Shown: piece after piece, positions 60,021 to 64,000 of the stretch | Layout of the letters: each line of letters begins with the position of its first letter | How positions within the stretch are numbered: the stretch's first letter is position 1 | Source: Fidelibacterota bacterium | GTDB taxonomy: Bacteria; Fidelibacterota; Marinisomatia; Marinisomatales; TCS55 | DNA length: 64,000 nt | Assembly (NCBI GenBank): GCA_046861385.1 | Contig: JBHHTW010000001.1 | Location: 32,001-96,000 of the forward strand | Reading direction: 5' to 3' | The notes under the pieces: model-generated | What the model was told of the DNA's origin: nothing | Seen by the model: the letters and a program-made list of their open reading frames with translations, nothing else | Databases searched by the model: none | Translations under genes and position numbers: made by a program

Positions 60021-63000
60021 TTGACGTTCATTCAATCAACAAAAATCGATACATCGAAAAAATACAATTCTATCACTATTAGTCTATCGTCGCCGGAAAT
60101 GATTTTGACGCGATCCTATGGTGAAGTATTAAAACCCGAAACGATTAATTATCGTTCCTATAAACCAGAAAAAGATGGACTTTTCTGTGAAAAGATATTC
60201 GGTCCTGTGAAAGATTACGAATGCCATTGTGGGAAATATAAAGGTATCCGTTATCGCGGAATAATCTGCGATCGTTGTGGTGTTGAAGTAACACGTAAAA
60301 GAGTTCGCAGAGATCGAATGGGGCATATAACTCTTGCGGTTCCTGTCGTCCATATTTGGTATTTAAGATCAATTCCAAGCAAATTAAGCTATTTATTGGG
60401 GTTAAGTACAAAGAACCTTGAGAGAGTCATTTATTATGAAGTGTACTGCATCATCAACCCCGGTGCAAGCGGTCGGGAAGTCAATGAACTCATTGATGAA
60501 GATGAGTACTATGAATTAGATACGAAATATGGATTTTATGCTGTAACTGAAGAGGATCGTGATAATGACGACTATTTTCATGCAGCTATGGGCGGGGAAG
60601 CAATGCGTGACATGCTCGCTAATATTAATATGATTGAATTAAAGAACAATTTAATTGAAATCATCAATACATCTCGATCCAAACAGAAAAGGCAAGATGC
60701 ATTGAAACGACTGAAAGTTGTAAAAGCATTTTTGCCAACTGTCAATAAGAAAAAGCTGAACAATCCTGACTGGATGGTCATTTCTGTCCTTCCGGTAATG
60801 CCACCTGAATTAAGACCCTTGGTCCCATTGGACGGGGGTCGATTTGCTGCAAGTGATTCAAATGATCTTTATCGTAGAATTATTATTCGAAATAACCGTT
60901 TGAAGCAATTAATGGAGATAAAAGCTCCTGAGGTCATTTTGCGCAATGAAAAGCGCATGCTTCAAGAATCGGTGGACGCATTATTTGACAACAGTCGGCG
61001 AAAAACTGCTATTCGCTCGGGAACCCGAAGACCTTTAAAGTCAATTTCAGATATGCTTAGAGGGAAGACAGGTAGATTCCGTCAAAATCTTTTAGGTAAA
61101 CGTGTCGATTATTCCGGGCGATCAGTTATTGTTGTGGGACCGGATTTAATGTTGCACGAATGCGGGTTGCCAAAGAAAATGGCTTTGGAATTATTCAAAC
61201 CTCATATGATAAATGAATTGATGAAACGTGGTTTTGCTCAAACACCCCGCGGAGCAAAACTTATGATAGAAAACAGTGATGCGGTTGTCCTCAAAGTTTT
61301 GGAATATGTTGTTCAAGGACATCCTGTGTTGCTTAACCGTGCTCCTACTTTGCATCGATTGGGTATTCAAGCATTTCAACCAGTACTTGTTGATGGCAAA
61401 GCAATCAAAATTCATCCGCTGGTTTGTGCCGCATTTAATGCCGATTTCGATGGAGATCAGATGGCTGTCCATATTCCTCTTTCACTGCAAGCACAGATGG
61501 AGGCACGCGTATTAATGCTCTCTAGCCATAATATTCTTCATCCCGCAAATGGAAAGCCAATTGCCATTCCCTCCCAGGATATGGTTTTGGGCTGTCACTA
61601 TTTAACGCGACCCCGCGAAGGAATGAAAGGCGAAGGAAAAAGTTTTGGTTCCTTTCAGGAATTGTTAATGGCTTACGAAAATAGAGTCGTTGATTTGAAT
61701 GCAATAATTAACATTCGACATAAAGGAAGGTGGCATAAAAAAACGACTGTAGGCCGGGTTATGTTTAATTCGATTATGCCGGAAGAGCTTGAGTATTTTG
61801 ATGGTATAATTAGCAAAGTGACGCTGCAAAAAATTGTGAATGATTCATATCTGCTTGCCGGGAACTATAAAACAGTTCAATTTCTCGATAAGTTGAAAAA
61901 TCTTGGATTTGAAATTGCAACGAAAAGCGGCAGTTCAATTTCAATAAGCGATATATTAATTCCTGAGAAAAAACACAGTATTATTAATAGTGCATCAAAG
62001 GAAATAACCTCCATTCAAAATAAATATGACAGGCATGTATTAACAGAAGGTGAACGATATAATAAAGTAATAGATGTTTGGACACACGCTACCAATAAAG
62101 TAGCTGCAACTATGATGGATGAATTAAAAGAGGATTCACAGGGATTTAATCCTGTATTTATGATGGCGGATTCTGGAGCCCGTGGCAGCCAAGACCAAAT
62201 TAAGCAGTTGGCAGGCATGCGTGGTTTGATGGCGAAACCACAAAAATCAATGACCGGCAGTAAAGGTGAGATTATCGAATCACCCATTACATCTAATTTT
62301 AAAGAGGGCTTATCTGTTTTGGAGTATTTTATTTCAACTCATGGAGCTCGAAAAGGGTTAGCTGATACTGCTCTTAAAACTGCCGATGCGGGATATTTGA
62401 CAAGACGATTGGTTGATGTGGCTCAAGACGTCGTTATATATGAAGTAGATTGTGGTACAATCAACGGAATAACGATTTCTGATTTAAAAGAAGGTGAAGA
62501 AATAATTGAACCATTGGCAGACCGTGTGTTAGGGCGTACAATTGTAGATGACCTTATTTTAGAAGGTAAAACAAAAATCAAGAACGGACAGTTAATTACT
62601 GAAAAAGAAGCTGAACTGTTAGATAAATATAATATTGAAAGTATTCGGATTCGTTCTGTATTGACTTGTGAATCATCTCGTGGTGTTTGCGGAAAATGTT
62701 ATGGATGGAATTTATCGACTCATAATCCTGTTAATATCGGGACAGCAGTTGGAATTCAAGCAGCGCAAAGTATCGGAGAACCCGGGACCCAGCTAACGTT
62801 AAGGACATTCCATATTGGTGGAACAGCCACAAGAATAATCGAGCAGTCAGAAATGACTACTAAGTACGCCGGTGTAATTAAATATTCAAAAGGTATGGAA
62901 GTTGCGAAATTGGTTGATGAAGAAGGTATAACGAAAGTTCGCTGCATGGTTAGGCACGCAAAAATTATTGTAATAGATAAGGACGGAAAAGAATTAAACT

Positions 63001-64000
63001 ATTATAATGTTCCATATGGCGCTGATGTGCTTGTGGAAGATGGCGAAAAAATTAAATCTGGTTCAGTCTTATTCCAATGGGATCCTTACACGGATATTAT
63101 CCTTGCGCGACAAACTGGTAGAATTCAATTAAAAGATTTTATTGAAGGAGAAACCTACAAAGTAGAAGCTGTTGAGGGCGGTAAGAAGCAAATGGTTATT
63201 GTGGAAGCAAAGAACAGACAGTTGAGTCCACATGTAGATATTATAGATAAAGATGATAAAATACTCTCTGGAGGAACCATCCTCCCGGTAAAAGCAACAT
63301 TAGTTGTTCGAAACGGGCAAAAAGTGAAGCACGGTCAAACGTTGGTTAAAATTCCCAAAGATATTGGAAAAACTCGTGATATTACCGGTGGATTACCTCG
63401 TGTGGCAGAATTGTTTGAAGCAAGAAAACCTGGTAATCCAGCTGTTGTGAGTGAGGTAGATGGTGTAGTACAGTTTGGCGAAATTAAAAGAGGTATTAGA
63501 AAAATTCTCGTCACTAGTGTAGATGAAGAAGTAAGAAAGTACTCAATACCTTACGGTAAACACATCATTGTTCATGAAGGTGATTTTATCATCGCTGGTA
63601 CTCCTCTGTGTGAAGGATCTATTTCTCCAACCGATATTTTAAATATTTTAGGTCCAGGAAAAGTCCGTGAATATTTGGTAAACGAGATACAGGAAGTGTA
63701 TCGTCTTCAAGGTGTAAAAATTAATGATAAACACATTGAGACAATCGTTCGTCAAATGATGCAGAAAATAAATATCGAAGACCCCGGTGATAGTAAGTTC
63801 ATGCAGGGCGATCGAGTAAATAAAGTTGACTTTTTTGAAGCAAGCCGCCAGTTAATGGAAATGACTGTTATCAAAACCGTGGGAGATTCTGATCTTGAAG
63901 AAGGTTCGCTAATTGATAAGGCTGATTTAAGAGAAATTAATAAAGCGCTTAAAGATAGCGGAAAAGTTCCTGCGACAACGCGTAAACCGAAGCCAGCAAC
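60021..64000 (+). CDS. rpoC: RNA polymerase beta' subunit (3' partial; absent from the ORF track)
   Basis: TTG start at 60021; KPETINYR, zinc-finger Cys, NADFDGD in frame at 61437, [16 protein letters not shown]. Confidence 0.98.
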   Translation, partial: MTFIQSTKIDTSKKYNSITISLSSPEMILTRSYGEVLKPETINYRSYKPEKDGLFCEKIFGPVKDYECHCGKYKGIRYRGIICDRCGVEVTRKRVRRDRMGHITLAVPVVHIWYLRSIPSKLSYLLGLSTKNLERVIYYEVYCIINPGASGREVNELIDEDEYYELDTKYGFYAVTEEDRDNDDYFHAAMGGEAMRDMLANINMIELKNNLIEIINTSRSKQKRQDALKRLKVVKAFLPTVNKKKLNNPDWMVISVLPVMPPELRPLVPLDGGRFAASDSNDLYRRIIIRNNRLKQLMEIKAPEVILRNEKRMLQESVDALFDNSRRKTAIRSGTRRPLKSISDMLRGKTGRFRQNLLGKRVDYSGRSVIVVGPDLMLHECGLPKKMALELFKPHMINELMKRGFAQTPRGAKLMIENSDAVVLKVLEYVVQGHPVLLNRAPTLHRLGIQAFQPVLVDGKAIKIHPLVCAAFNADFDGDQMAVHIPLSLQAQMEARVLMLSSHNILHPANGKPIAIPSQDMVLGCHYLTRPREGMKGEGKSFGSFQELLMAYENRVVDLNAIINIRHKGRWHKKTTVGRVMFNSIMPEELEYFDGIISKVTLQKIVNDSYLLAGNYKTVQFLDKLKNLGFEIATKSGSSISISDILIPEKKHSIINSASKEITSIQNKYDRHVLTEGERYNKVIDVWTHATNKVAATMMDELKEDSQGFNPVFMMADSGARGSQDQIKQLAGMRGLMAKPQKSMTGSKGEIIESPITSNFKEGLSVLEYFISTHGARKGLADTALKTADAGYLTRRLVDVAQDVVIYEVDCGTINGITISDLKEGEEIIEPLADRVLGRTIVDDLILEGKTKIKNGQLITEKEAELLDKYNIESIRIRSVLTCESSRGVCGKCYGWNLSTHNPVNIGTAVGIQAAQSIGEPGTQLTLRTFHIGGTATRIIEQSEMTTKYAGVIKYSKGMEVAKLVDEEGITKVRCMVRHAKIIVIDKDGKELNYYNVPYGADVLVEDGEKIKSGSVLFQWDPYTDIILARQTGRIQLKDFIEGETYKVEAVEGGKKQMVIVEAKNRQLSPHVDIIDKDDKILSGGTILPVKATLVVRNGQKVKHGQTLVKIPKDIGKTRDITGGLPRVAELFEARKPGNPAVVSEVDGVVQFGEIKRGIRKILVTSVDEEVRKYSIPYGKHIIVHEGDFIIAGTPLCEGSISPTDILNILGPGKVREYLVNEIQEVYRLQGVKINDKHIETIVRQMMQKINIEDPGDSKFMQGDRVNKVDFFEASRQLMEMTVIKTVGDSDLEEGSLIDKADLREINKALKDSGKVPATTRKPKPA

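Noticed and set aside
62820-63380. Large insert in the rpoC trigger-loop region
   Set aside because: Matches the known lineage-specific beta' insertion between RTFH.GG and DITGGLPR; no intein motifs.

Overview
Mostly housekeeping bacterial chromosome, AT-rich, with nearly all genes on the + strand. It runs from ffh-rpsP-khpA-rimM-trmD-rplS through selA-selB-mutS, yicC-gmk-rpoZ-udg-dnaB-relA-ruvX-lnt, ecfT-truA-htrA-psd-pssA-tatA-batABCDE, yebC-ruvC-ruvA and gcvT-ftsK-ddl-cysS. It ends in the tRNA-tuf-rpmG-trnW-secE-nusG-rplKAJL-rpoB-rpoC cluster. The Bat operon, a PorV-like barrel, Bacteroidota-style omega and an extended S16 suggest an FCB-group organism, possibly Marinisomatota; this is inference and was not checked. 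The unexplained signal is in the spacers. Short-unit (6-8 nt) tandem arrays are G-rich right after a + strand stop codon and C-rich just before the next core gene. In one case complementary octamer arrays bracket a four-helix-bundle gene broken by a nonsense codon, where ruvB usually sits. An accessory patch at 35.5-38.8 kb holds an orphan sensor kinase, a decayed toxin-antitoxin pair and several nested palindromic mini-elements, one inserted cleanly into a heptamer unit. No CRISPR array, integrase, transposase or reverse transcriptase was seen.
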